A stretch of DNA of 64,000 nucleotides from positions 134,360 to 198,359 of the forward strand of contig OZ245864.1 in the NCBI GenBank assembly GCA_965229215.1. The letters run 5' to 3'. Shown piece after piece: positions 55,647 to 64,000 of this stretch (positions are counted from its first letter, which is position 1; each line of letters begins with the position of its first letter). Source of the DNA: Tagaea sp. Lineage in GTDB: Bacteria > Pseudomonadota > Alphaproteobacteria > CACIAM-22H2. The notes under the pieces were generated by a model, which was given only the letters and a program-made list of their open reading frames with translations, did no database searches and had not been told where the DNA came from. Made by a program: the position numbers and the translations under genes.

Positions 55647-56762
55647 ATGACCGCTTTCCGCCGCACACTCGTACATCGTTTGCCGGCCGCCGCTCCTGAC
55701 GACATGGGGGCAATCCGCGCGGGTGTCGAGTGCGGCGAGATCCGCCCAGAGGGGATCGTCGCGGTGCTCGGAAAGACCGAAGGAAATGGTTGCGTGAACG
55801 ACTTCACGCGCGCGATGGCGAGCAGCGCGGTCAAGGCCGCGCTGGCCGGCTGGACCGGTCGCGACATGGACGACATCGCGCGCTCCGTCGCGATCGTTAT
55901 GTCGGGCGGCACCGAAGGAGGCCTGTCGCCGCACTGGCTCCTCTTCGAGACGCGGCCCTGCGAGAAGCCGGTGCCGGCCGCGCCGTCGCTGGCCGTCGGT
56001 GTGGCGATGACGCGCCCTTTCGCCCCCGAGGAGATCGGTCGCCATGCCCAGATCACCGCGACGACCGAAGCCGTCCGCGCTGCCATGCGGCAGGCTGGCA
56101 TCGTTTCGCCGGACGATGTCCACTATGTGCAGGTGAAATGTCCGCTGCTGACCAAGCAGCGCATTGCCGATGCCGAAGCGCGGACCCGTACGGTGGTAAC
56201 CGAAGATACCTATACTTCCATGGGGTATTCGCGTGGCGCGTCGGCCCTTGGCGTCGCCGTGGCTCTGAGCGAAGTCGCCGCTACGGCGGCGGTCGATGAC
56301 GCCGTGTGCCACGATGCTGCGCTCTATTCCCACCGGGCCAGCACATCGGCAGGCATCGAGCTCATGGAGAATCAGGTGATGGTACTGGGCAACAGCCCGG
56401 CGTGGGGCGGTGATCTCGCGATCGGTCACGGCGTCATGAAGGACGGCATCGACGTGGATGCCGTTGCCGTCGCACTCGCGTCGGTCGGCATTCCAGCCGG
56501 GATACGGCTAGGCGAGGAATCGCGGGCCCGCGTCGTGGCCGTACTCGCCAAGGCCGAGCCATCGCGAAGCGGGACCATCCGCGGGAACCGCCATGTGATG
56601 CTCGACGACAGCGACATTCACGCCTCTCGCCATGCGCGCGCCCTCGTCGGTGGCGTTCTCGCGGGGATATTCGGCGACACCCAGCTCTTCGTTTCAGGCG
56701 GCGCGGAACATCAGGGCCCGGATGGCGGCGGCCCCGTCGCCGTGATCGCCCGCCGGAAATAG
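55647..56762 (+). CDS. ring-opening amidohydrolase of the cyanuric acid hydrolase/barbiturase (AtzD/TrzD) family (tentative)
   Basis: 371 aa. Recalled family features (threefold repeat architecture, VKCPLLT-like segment). Start at MTAFRRTL. Confidence 0.5.
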   Translation: MTAFRRTLVHRLPAAAPDDMGAIRAGVECGEIRPEGIVAVLGKTEGNGCVNDFTRAMASSAVKAALAGWTGRDMDDIARSVAIVMSGGTEGGLSPHWLLFETRPCEKPVPAAPSLAVGVAMTRPFAPEEIGRHAQITATTEAVRAAMRQAGIVSPDDVHYVQVKCPLLTKQRIADAEARTRTVVTEDTYTSMGYSRGASALGVAVALSEVAATAAVDDAVCHDAALYSHRASTSAGIELMENQVMVLGNSPAWGGDLAIGHGVMKDGIDVDAVAVALASVGIPAGIRLGEESRARVVAVLAKAEPSRSGTIRGNRHVMLDDSDIHASRHARALVGGVLAGIFGDTQLFVSGGAEHQGPDGGGPVAVIARRK

Positions 56763-56824
56763 CGAATCTCGGTCAGGTACTGCGCGCGTCGCCACGTCCC
56801 GATTTCCGGAATCCGGTAAAAAAT

Positions 56825-58108
56825 TCAACCCAGGAAGAGCTTGGGTAGCCAAAGCGTGAGGGCGGGAATGTAGGTGACCAGGGCGAGCACGATCAGCATC
56901 GGGATGTAGAACACCATGATCGATTTCGACACCTGCTCCATCGTGACCTTGCCGATCGCGCAGCCGACGGCAAGCGTCGGGCCGACCGGAGGGGTGAGCA
57001 GGCCGATGCCGAGATTGAAGATCATGATGATACCGAAATGGACCGGATCGACGCCGAACTTGCCGATGATCGGCATGAAGATCGGCGTGCAGATCAGCAG
57101 CATCGGCGCCAGATCCATGAAGGTGCCGAGCACCAGAAGCAGGATGTTGACGTAGAACAGGAACGTGTATTTGTTGCTGGATATCGACACGAACATGTCC
57201 GCGACGACCTGCGGAATGCGCATCAGCGTCATCATGTAGGCGAAGGCGACCGAGAAGCCGATCATGATCATGACCATGCCGACGGTGCGCACGACGCGGC
57301 CGATCAGGTGCGGCAGCTCGCGAAAGCGGTAATCGCGATAGATGAAGACGGTGACGAGGAACGCCCAGATGCAGGCGACCGCGGCGCTCTCCGTCGGCGT
57401 GAAGACGCCCGACAGGATGCCGCCGAGGATGATGAAGACCGTCACGAGGCCCCAGACGGCCTCGTAGGCGATGCGGCCGGCCTGCTTCAGCGTGACGGGC
57501 TCGCCCTTCGGGAACTTGTCGCGGTGCGCGATGTAGAGGCACAGCACCATCAGCGACGCGCCCAGCAGGATTCCCGGAATGATGCCGGCGATGAACAGGT
57601 GTGCGACCGAAACCGTTCCGCCCGCCGCCAACGAGAAGATCACCATGTTGTGCGACGGCGGGATCAGCAGCGGCTGCAGCGAGCCGGAGATCGTGACGTT
57701 GACGGCGAACAGGCGCGGATAGCCGCTCTTGATCATCTGCGGGATCATCACCGAGCCGATCGACGCGGTATCGGCCACCGACGAGCCGGAGATGCAGCCG
57801 AACATCGTCGAGGCCAGGATGTTGACCAGCGCCAGGCCCCCGCGGATGAAGCCCACGAAGATCTTCGCAAGGTTGATGATGCGCTCGGCCATGCCGCCTT
57901 CGGCCATGATGGCGCCGGCGAGGATGAAGAACGGGATCGCCAGCAGCGGGAAATCGTCCATGCCGTCGGACGTCTTCAGCGCGATCGCCTCGAGCGGAAT
58001 GCCCATCCACAAGGCAGCGCAGATGGCCGACAGGCCCAGCGCGTAGGCGACCGGCATCGCCATGAGGCAGAAGACGGTGAAGGAACCGAGGAGTACGAGG
58101 GTATCCAT
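56825..58108 (-). CDS. dctM: TRAP transporter large permease DctM
   Basis: 427-aa protein with 12 TM helices. Confidence 0.9.
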   Translation of the reverse strand: MDTLVLLGSFTVFCLMAMPVAYALGLSAICAALWMGIPLEAIALKTSDGMDDFPLLAIPFFILAGAIMAEGGMAERIINLAKIFVGFIRGGLALVNILASTMFGCISGSSVADTASIGSVMIPQMIKSGYPRLFAVNVTISGSLQPLLIPPSHNMVIFSLAAGGTVSVAHLFIAGIIPGILLGASLMVLCLYIAHRDKFPKGEPVTLKQAGRIAYEAVWGLVTVFIILGGILSGVFTPTESAAVACIWAFLVTVFIYRDYRFRELPHLIGRVVRTVGMVMIMIGFSVAFAYMMTLMRIPQVVADMFVSISSNKYTFLFYVNILLLVLGTFMDLAPMLLICTPIFMPIIGKFGVDPVHFGIIMIFNLGIGLLTPPVGPTLAVGCAIGKVTMEQVSKSIMVFYIPMLIVLALVTYIPALTLWLPKLFLG

Positions 58109-58129
58109 TTCGACTGTGCTCCGCGGCGA

Positions 58130-58651
58130 TTATTCGCTCGAAATCGTTTCGCTGGCGTCGATCTCGTGCGGGGGCGGGAAGAATTCGCCCTTCAGGAAGC
58201 GCTCGACGATGAAGAGGGTGGTGACCGCTCCGCCGATCGGGACCGGCAGGTAGGAAACGCCCACGGACACGATCGGGAATTCGGCGATTGTCTGATACCA
58301 GGTCACCTGCACGAGCTTGATGCCGTACCAGAGCAGGAACACGTTGATCACGAGCATGCCGAACTCGACGACGATGCCCAGTACCATGCGCGGCGTGCCC
58401 TCGAGGGCGGCGGGCAGCGAGCCCACGGCGATATGCAGGTGCTCGCGATAGCAGACGATCGCGGACAGGAACGACAGCCAGATCATCATCAGGATGGCCA
58501 TCGGCTCGGGCCACGACGACGCGCTGTTGAGCACGTAGCGGGTGAAGACGCCCCACGGGATGATCAGGGTGATGACGACAAGCGCCACGCCGGCGAGGAA
58601 GACGCACGCCTTATGGAGCGCGTCCATCGCGCGGAAATAGGACTGGATCAT
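58130..58651 (-). CDS. dctQ: TRAP transporter small permease DctQ
   Basis: 173-aa four-TM protein upstream of dctM. Confidence 0.85.
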   Translation of the reverse strand: MIQSYFRAMDALHKACVFLAGVALVVITLIIPWGVFTRYVLNSASSWPEPMAILMMIWLSFLSAIVCYREHLHIAVGSLPAALEGTPRMVLGIVVEFGMLVINVFLLWYGIKLVQVTWYQTIAEFPIVSVGVSYLPVPIGGAVTTLFIVERFLKGEFFPPPHEIDASETISSE

Positions 58652-58738
58652 GACTGACGTTCGCCTGGTCTTTGCTGGAAGTGCCGCCGGGCCACGCCAT
58701 ATTGCGCGACCCGACGGCCCTGTTCGTCCGTATCCGCG

Positions 58739-59734
58739 TTAGGTGACCGCCTGGATGCGGTCGATCAGCGACTTGAGCGGGCCAGCATACTTGTCCCACA
58801 CCGGCTTGACCGCGTCCTGGAACTCTTTCTTGTTGGCGATCTGGTTCACGATCGCGCCGGCGGCGAGCATCTTCTTCATCGCCTCGATCTCGCCCTCGTA
58901 CCAGAGCTTGCGCTGCTCGAGCTGGGCTTCCTTGCCGAGCTTGGCGATCAGCGTGCGGTCCGCGGCCGGCAGCTCGTTCCAGGTCTTCTTCGAGAACACG
59001 ACGATCTCGGGGATCATCAGGTGCCCGGTCATCGAATAATACTTGGCATAGCGGTAGTGCTGGCCGCTGTCGTAGCTCGGCTCGTTATTCTCGGCGCCGT
59101 CGACGACGCCGGTCTGCATGGCGTTGATGAGCTGGTCGAAGCCCATTGCCACGCCGTTCCCGCCGAGCGCATTCATCGTGTCGACGAACAGCGGGTTGCC
59201 CATCATGCGGATCTTGAGGCCCTTGAGATCCGAGAGCTGAGTGATCGGCTTCTTGGCGTTGTAGACGTTGCGCGTGCCGGCATTCATCCAGCACAGGCCG
59301 ATCAGGCCGGCCGTCGGATGGTCCGACAGCTTCTTCATGATCTCGTCGCCGATCTGGCCGTCGATCACCTTCTCCATGTGCGCGTTGTCGCGGAACATGA
59401 AGGGAAGGTTGAAGACGTTCATTTCGGGAACCAGCGGGCCCATCGGACCGACCGAGATGCGGGCCATCTGCAGGGCGCCGAGCTGGGCCTGCTCGATCAT
59501 TTCCTTTTCGCCGCCGAGCTGCATCGACGGGAACATCTGGATCGACAGACGGCCGTTCGTCGCGGCCTCCAGCTTCTTGCCCATGCGCACGACGGCTTCG
59601 ACCGTCGGATAGCCGAGCGGATGCACGTCCGTCGCCCGGAGGACCATCTTGGCCTGGGCAGATGCCGGCAATGCGCCGACGGTCGCGGCTGTTGCGGTGA
59701 CGATACCGAGTTCGAGGAATTGACGACGCTTCAT
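58739..59734 (-). CDS. dctP: TRAP transporter substrate-binding protein DctP (Tat signal)
   Basis: Start at MKRRQFLELGIVTATAATVGALPASAQA. AGGGAGGA RBS before ATG 59734. Confidence 0.85.
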   Translation of the reverse strand: MKRRQFLELGIVTATAATVGALPASAQAKMVLRATDVHPLGYPTVEAVVRMGKKLEAATNGRLSIQMFPSMQLGGEKEMIEQAQLGALQMARISVGPMGPLVPEMNVFNLPFMFRDNAHMEKVIDGQIGDEIMKKLSDHPTAGLIGLCWMNAGTRNVYNAKKPITQLSDLKGLKIRMMGNPLFVDTMNALGGNGVAMGFDQLINAMQTGVVDGAENNEPSYDSGQHYRYAKYYSMTGHLMIPEIVVFSKKTWNELPAADRTLIAKLGKEAQLEQRKLWYEGEIEAMKKMLAAGAIVNQIANKKEFQDAVKPVWDKYAGPLKSLIDRIQAVT

Positions 59735-59865
59735 GTTCTTGTCCTCCCTTGTTCCGGCGCAGGGGGTCATCCTGCCGGGCGGCCCTTTGCGGGCCGCGAT
59801 CTTTTCGCTGGCGGGCCGGCTGCGCAATTGCGTGCAGGGCCGTCAGCGTGGTACGAAGTTGTACG

Positions 59866-60651
59866 ATGACCCGACAACAAAAGTCCAGATCGGAATCGCC
59901 GCGCGGCCGGCGCGGGGTCCTCACACCCGTCCGCCCGACGCTCAATCTCACAGACGAGGTCGTCGCGCGGCTGCGCGATGAAATCTCTAGCGGTCGCTAT
60001 GTTGCCGGGCAGCGCCTGCCGACGGAGCAGGAGATGGTCGCGGCGATGTGTGTGAGCCGCACCGTCGTTCGCGAGGCCGTTGCCGCGCTGAAGGCGCAAG
60101 GGCTCGTCACGACGCGCCAGGGCTCCGGCGCGTTCGTCAGCGCGGCGCCGACCCATCGGTCGTTCAAGCTCGATTCGGAATTGTTGCGTTCTCTCGATTC
60201 GGTGATCGACGTGCTGGAACTGCGTCAGGCAGTCGAGGCCGAGGCAGCCGGGCTGGCGTGCGAGCGTGCGTCGCCGGCCGGCCTTCGCGCCATTCGCGCT
60301 GCGCATGCCGCCTTCGCGCGCGCCGTCGCGCGCAACGAGACGGCAGCCGAGGAGGACGCGGCCTTCCATGCGGCGATCGCCGCGGCGACGGGCAATCCGC
60401 AATTCACCGAATTCCTGCGTTTCCTTGGCACGTTCGTGATCCCGCGTCGCGACAAGCGCGTCTGGAGTATGGCGAGCGACCGGCAGGCGGAGTATCTTGC
60501 CGGGATCCACAGCGAGCATGCGCGGATTGTCGATGCGATCGGCGCACGAGATGCGCAAGCGGCGCGGTTCGCGATGCGCGAGCATCTTACTCGTGCCGCA
60601 GCGCGATATCGGAAATTTTCGGGCAGCGCGAAGAGCGACGCCGCCGCTTGA
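59866..60651 (+). CDS. GntR/FadR family transcriptional regulator
   Basis: wHTH (MCVSRTVVREAVAALKAQGLV) plus an FCD domain. Divergent from dctP. Confidence 0.8.
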   Translation: MTRQQKSRSESPRGRRGVLTPVRPTLNLTDEVVARLRDEISSGRYVAGQRLPTEQEMVAAMCVSRTVVREAVAALKAQGLVTTRQGSGAFVSAAPTHRSFKLDSELLRSLDSVIDVLELRQAVEAEAAGLACERASPAGLRAIRAAHAAFARAVARNETAAEEDAAFHAAIAAATGNPQFTEFLRFLGTFVIPRRDKRVWSMASDRQAEYLAGIHSEHARIVDAIGARDAQAARFAMREHLTRAAARYRKFSGSAKSDAAA

Positions 60652-60767
60652 GCGATGGAATCCGCCAGCCGGCGGCAGGATAAATAAATTGCGGATGCAA
60701 TCTACTGGAACGGTATACTATTGATCCGTTCCTACTTCTTGCCGTCGCCCGGCCCGAATCGTATCGC

Positions 60768-61826
60768 ATGCAGAAAACGACAATCAGCGACGTCGCCCAG
60801 CTGGCAAAGGTCTCGATTTCGACCGTCTCGAACGTTCTCAATGGCCGCTCGAGCCAGATGAGTCCGAAGACGCTCGCGCGCGTGCAGCGCGCGATGGCCA
60901 CACTCGGCTACAGGCCCAACCGTGCGGCCCGGCAGTTGAAGACCGGCGAGGCCATGATGATCGGCCTGCTGGTGCCTTCACTCGGCAATCCGAGCTACGC
61001 GATGATCGCGCGCGAGATCGAGGCGGATTCCTGGCGGCGGTTCGGCTACCGGGTCATTGTCGGCAACACCTATCGCGATCCCCGCCGCGAGAGCGCGTTC
61101 GTCGATGACATGGCTTCGCAGAACGTGCGCGGCGTCATCGTCATCTCTTCGCTTGCGGACGAAAGCCATTTCGATGCTCCGGTCAAACGCGGGTTGATCG
61201 CGGTCAGCTACGACAGCCATGCGCGCCGGAATGTCCGGCCTATCTTCGATTACGTTTCTGCGGACAATGCTGCGGGTGCCGGATTGGCGGTGGCGCACTT
61301 CGTCGCAAAGGGCCATCGGACGATCGCCTTTCTCACGCCGAAGGTCTGGACATTCAGCCGTGCGGAAAAGCGCAAGGGGTTTCTCGCCGCGATCCGGGAA
61401 GCCGGCGCGCGAGGCGTCGTCATCGAGGGGGGCGTGGCGTCGAGCTACGCTGACGAGGAGATGGCAGAACTCGGCCAGAGCCTGGCAAAGCCGCTGGCCG
61501 ACCATCCCGACAGTCCGACGGCTGCCATCGCGATCAACGACATGATGGCGATCGGCCTGATCGCGGGGCTCAAGGATCTCGGGCTCTCGCTGCCGCAGGA
61601 TCTTTCGATCATTGGGATGGACGGAATCCCGCTGGGCGCATTCATCGCGCCGCCGCTGACGACTGTGAAGCTGCCGCTACGCGAACTCGCGCACACGATG
61701 GTCGACCGGATCATGCTGCGCCTGCGGGAGCCCGAGACCGAGCCGGGCGAGTTCCGCTTCGCGCCATCGCTGCTCGTGCGCGGTTCGGTCGCACCGCCGC
61801 CGCGGAGCCGCGAGACGAAGAAATAG
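60768..61826 (+). CDS. LacI family transcriptional regulator
   Basis: HTH_LacI (TISDVAQLAKVSISTVSNVLNG) plus a periplasmic-binding-fold domain. Confidence 0.85.
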   Translation: MQKTTISDVAQLAKVSISTVSNVLNGRSSQMSPKTLARVQRAMATLGYRPNRAARQLKTGEAMMIGLLVPSLGNPSYAMIAREIEADSWRRFGYRVIVGNTYRDPRRESAFVDDMASQNVRGVIVISSLADESHFDAPVKRGLIAVSYDSHARRNVRPIFDYVSADNAAGAGLAVAHFVAKGHRTIAFLTPKVWTFSRAEKRKGFLAAIREAGARGVVIEGGVASSYADEEMAELGQSLAKPLADHPDSPTAAIAINDMMAIGLIAGLKDLGLSLPQDLSIIGMDGIPLGAFIAPPLTTVKLPLRELAHTMVDRIMLRLREPETEPGEFRFAPSLLVRGSVAPPPRSRETKK

Positions 61827-61921
61827 ACCATCTGTTTTCGCGGTATTGCATTCCGTTGCTTGCGAAAGCATGTTGTTAAGGATTTCTGCGCCACCATCCG
61901 CCAGAGGAGCTTATCCCGGCG

Positions 61922-62440
61922 ATGACGACGACCGAGCCCGCTGACGAATGGCGCGAAGGCGACATCGCGGCGGCGATCACCTACCCCAACCTGCTCCGTC
62001 TCTATGACTATTGGCGCGCATGCGGCGACGCCGACCGGTTGCCTGCACGCCGGAACATCGATCCGGTCGAGATGGCGTTCATTCTCGGCAATCTTATCCT
62101 CGTAGATATCGAACGCGACTCCGATGGCGGCATCGACGGCTTTCGTTATCGGCTGATCGGGACAAATCTGGTCGACCGCCTTCACGTCGAGATGAGTGGC
62201 CGCCGCCTCGACGAACACCCGGATCCGAGCTTTCGCGTGTTCGCGCATCGCGTCTATCGGCGGGTCGCCGAAGGCGGCGTGCCGATCGTCCTGCGGCAGT
62301 CGGCGGTGGTCGACAATCGCCCGAGATTCTACGAGGTTGTTCTCCTGCCGCTGGCCGCGGACGGGCGCACCGTCGACATGGTACTGGCCGGGGTCTGGTT
62401 CGCGCCGTCCCCGCTCGAAAGCGGCAGCATCCGGCACTAG
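61922..62440 (+). CDS. PAS_5-like (MopJ-type) PAS-fold protein, paralog of 31830..32309
   Basis: Shares the YDYWRA..GD..LPARRNIDPVEM..ILGNLILVD.....DG..FRYRLIGTNLV motif set with the other copy. Confidence 0.6.
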   Translation: MTTTEPADEWREGDIAAAITYPNLLRLYDYWRACGDADRLPARRNIDPVEMAFILGNLILVDIERDSDGGIDGFRYRLIGTNLVDRLHVEMSGRRLDEHPDPSFRVFAHRVYRRVAEGGVPIVLRQSAVVDNRPRFYEVVLLPLAADGRTVDMVLAGVWFAPSPLESGSIRH

Positions 62441-62452
62441 ACCGGCCCATCG

Positions 62453-63253
62453 TTACATCGCAGCGAAGCTCGTATGCAGGCGGTTGGTATTGGTGTCGTT
62501 GACCGGGCGCGCCCGGCGCCCGAGCAGGGGCTTGCCGACATCGGCGAATGAATCCTCGCTTGCTTCGGCAAGAAGCTCGCGGCGCGGCATGGTCGCAAGC
62601 AGGAACTCGTTATCGTCGCGCCAGACCGCGAGTTCATTGCGCCGGAATCCGTACCAGTCGAAGCCGTGGACGCGGAAGGTCGAACGTTCGACGATCGCCG
62701 CCGTCACCTTGAAGCGCCAGTGTGTCGCCACATAGAAAAGCGAGGCGCGGACGATCGCGCGATAGATCAGCGGCTCGCCGGATACGTTCATCCCGCCGCC
62801 CATCCATGCAATGTGATCGGATTCGAGTTCGCGTGCGGATGGCGCGCTGACCTCGCAGCGGCGGCCCTGCCGACGCATCTCGTCGGCCCGATCGCCGTAC
62901 CAGAAGGTCAGGTCCTCCATTTCTTCGCGAAGCGAACGCTCGAGCCATATCCGGCGTGCCCCGACCATGGCACTGGGCATCGTCTCGCCTGTCCGCGTGG
63001 CGATGAATGCGACGAAATCCCCGCGCTCGACATCCGGATGGAAGGCGACGTCCTGAACCGGCGGCATGCGAATGGCGACGCGCTTGGCTTCGGGGAGGCT
63101 TTCCCAGAAACGCCGCATGTCGGCCATGTCATGCGAGACGGCGACGCGGAATCCGAGGGAACCGAAGCTGCCGTTGATCTTCGCCCAGCTGCGAAACGCG
63201 AGCTTGCGTTCGCACGAGGCTTTTTCCGGTTCGAATGCGTCTAGGAATTCCAT
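62453..63253 (-). CDS. hypothetical protein
   Basis: 266-aa ORF with ATG at 63251-63253. No recognisable family. Confidence 0.45.
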   Translation of the reverse strand: MEFLDAFEPEKASCERKLAFRSWAKINGSFGSLGFRVAVSHDMADMRRFWESLPEAKRVAIRMPPVQDVAFHPDVERGDFVAFIATRTGETMPSAMVGARRIWLERSLREEMEDLTFWYGDRADEMRRQGRRCEVSAPSARELESDHIAWMGGGMNVSGEPLIYRAIVRASLFYVATHWRFKVTAAIVERSTFRVHGFDWYGFRRNELAVWRDDNEFLLATMPRRELLAEASEDSFADVGKPLLGRRARPVNDTNTNRLHTSFAAM

Positions 63254-63317
63254 TGGCCGCCTTTACCGCCTTGAGACGCCAGACATCGACCGGCACCACA
63301 TCCGCCCGCGACCCCGC

Positions 63318-64000
63318 TTAGTTGAAATTCTGCGAAACCGAATCCTGGAGAATTTTCGACGTCGTGAGCACGAAATGGCGGCCGTCGAGCCGGAAGGGAA
63401 GTGCAAGCCGTTCGTAAAGGATCTTCCGGAATCCAAAATCGACACCGATGCGCGACACGGTGGGACGCTCGATGCCGGCAGCCTTGACGATGTGCCGGTC
63501 GATCATCGCGGAATACTGGATGTGGTGGCTGCGGTCGAGGACGCGCATGCCGATCTCGGCCTGCGTCGGCGCGTTGAATTTCGAGCCGATGTGATAGCAG
63601 AACGCTTCGCCTGACTTCACGGCGAAGAGCGAGCTCTCGCCGTTGCTCAGCATCGAGACGAGGTTGCCGAGCGGATTCTCGTAGAACCGGGTCTCGAGTA
63701 TGCCGCGCAGACGCTCATCGGCATCTCCCAGCGGCACTTCGATATCGACCCAGTCGTTCGGCGTGCGCTGCGAGGCACGCACGCGGCGTTCGAGGATCCG
63801 GCGCGCATCGGATTTCCACTCAAGTGTGGGATGTTCGTCGCCGGCGCGCACACGCACACGGTCGTAGGGCAGGCCGTCGAGCACGCCGAGCGCCTTCATG
63901 CAGGCGCGCGCATCGACATGCGCGCGATCGAATGTCAGCAGACCGAATCCATCCTGCTCGCCCACCGCGACCCACCCAAAGCCGCGACACACATAGTCGA
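63318..64000 (-). CDS. hypothetical protein (N-terminus may lie beyond the window end)
   Basis: Open frame continues to the window edge. The track start at 63992 may not be the true start. Confidence 0.35.
   Translation of the reverse strand, partial: DYVCRGFGWVAVGEQDGFGLLTFDRAHVDARACMKALGVLDGLPYDRVRVRAGDEHPTLEWKSDARRILERRVRASQRTPNDWVDIEVPLGDADERLRGILETRFYENPLGNLVSMLSNGESSLFAVKSGEAFCYHIGSKFNAPTQAEIGMRVLDRSHHIQYSAMIDRHIVKAAGIERPTVSRIGVDFGFRKILYERLALPFRLDGRHFVLTTSKILQDSVSQNFN

Noticed and set aside
55464-56429. 321-aa minus-strand ORF opposite the AtzD-like gene, and the 56694..58607 / 57038..58657 ORFs opposite dctQM
   Set aside because: These are antisense to well-supported genes and lack an RBS.

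Overview
This is a high-GC (about 65-68%) alphaproteobacterial chromosomal window, most of it metabolic and transport genes. Features in coordinate order:
- 1-2319: partial TAXI-type TRAP solute receptor and its fused permease.
- 2316-8076: two SDR oxidoreductases, a di-heme cytochrome c peroxidase, a secreted alpha/beta hydrolase, a Crp/Fnr regulator and two hypotheticals.
- 8073-12745: aapJQM-like amino-acid ABC genes with no ATPase, followed by SDR and RraA-like genes.
- 12886-16900: a complete PotA-type ABC transporter (ATPase, binding protein, two permeases).
- 16897-21727: dctPQM TRAP transporter coupled to aroQ, divergent from a tandem-duplicated GntR regulator.
- 21732-29107: sulfur-metabolism neighbourhood (fccAB sulfide dehydrogenase, luciferase-like monooxygenase, NMT1/SsuA-like binding protein, YeeE-NUDIX, divergent TusA), then EamA and DedA membrane proteins.
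- 29214-33721: small secreted and lipoprotein hypotheticals, an epimerase, a PAS_5-like protein and an orphan ModA-like binding protein.
- 33708-41808: an 8.1-kb integrative element inserted in tRNA-Thr, flanked by a 55-bp direct repeat of the tRNA 3' part. It carries a P4-type integrase, an AlpA-like excisionase, a PrimPol/AAA_25 replication protein and uncharacterised small ORFs, the architecture of a phage-satellite/PICI-like island. This is the best candidate in the window for novel biology.
- 41992-53762: microaerobic module with FixT-like pseudo-receiver, FixK, an OmpR-type response regulator convergent with a FixL-like heme-PAS hybrid kinase, ccoGHIS plus a coupled 60-aa ORF, and ccoNOQP with a FixK box upstream.
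- 53928-64000: DUF2189 and DsbD_2 membrane proteins, an AtzD-like amidohydrolase, a second dctPQM with its GntR regulator, LacI, a second PAS_5-like protein and two hypotheticals.
The many long reverse-strand ORFs in the supplied track are GC-driven artefacts and were rejected.
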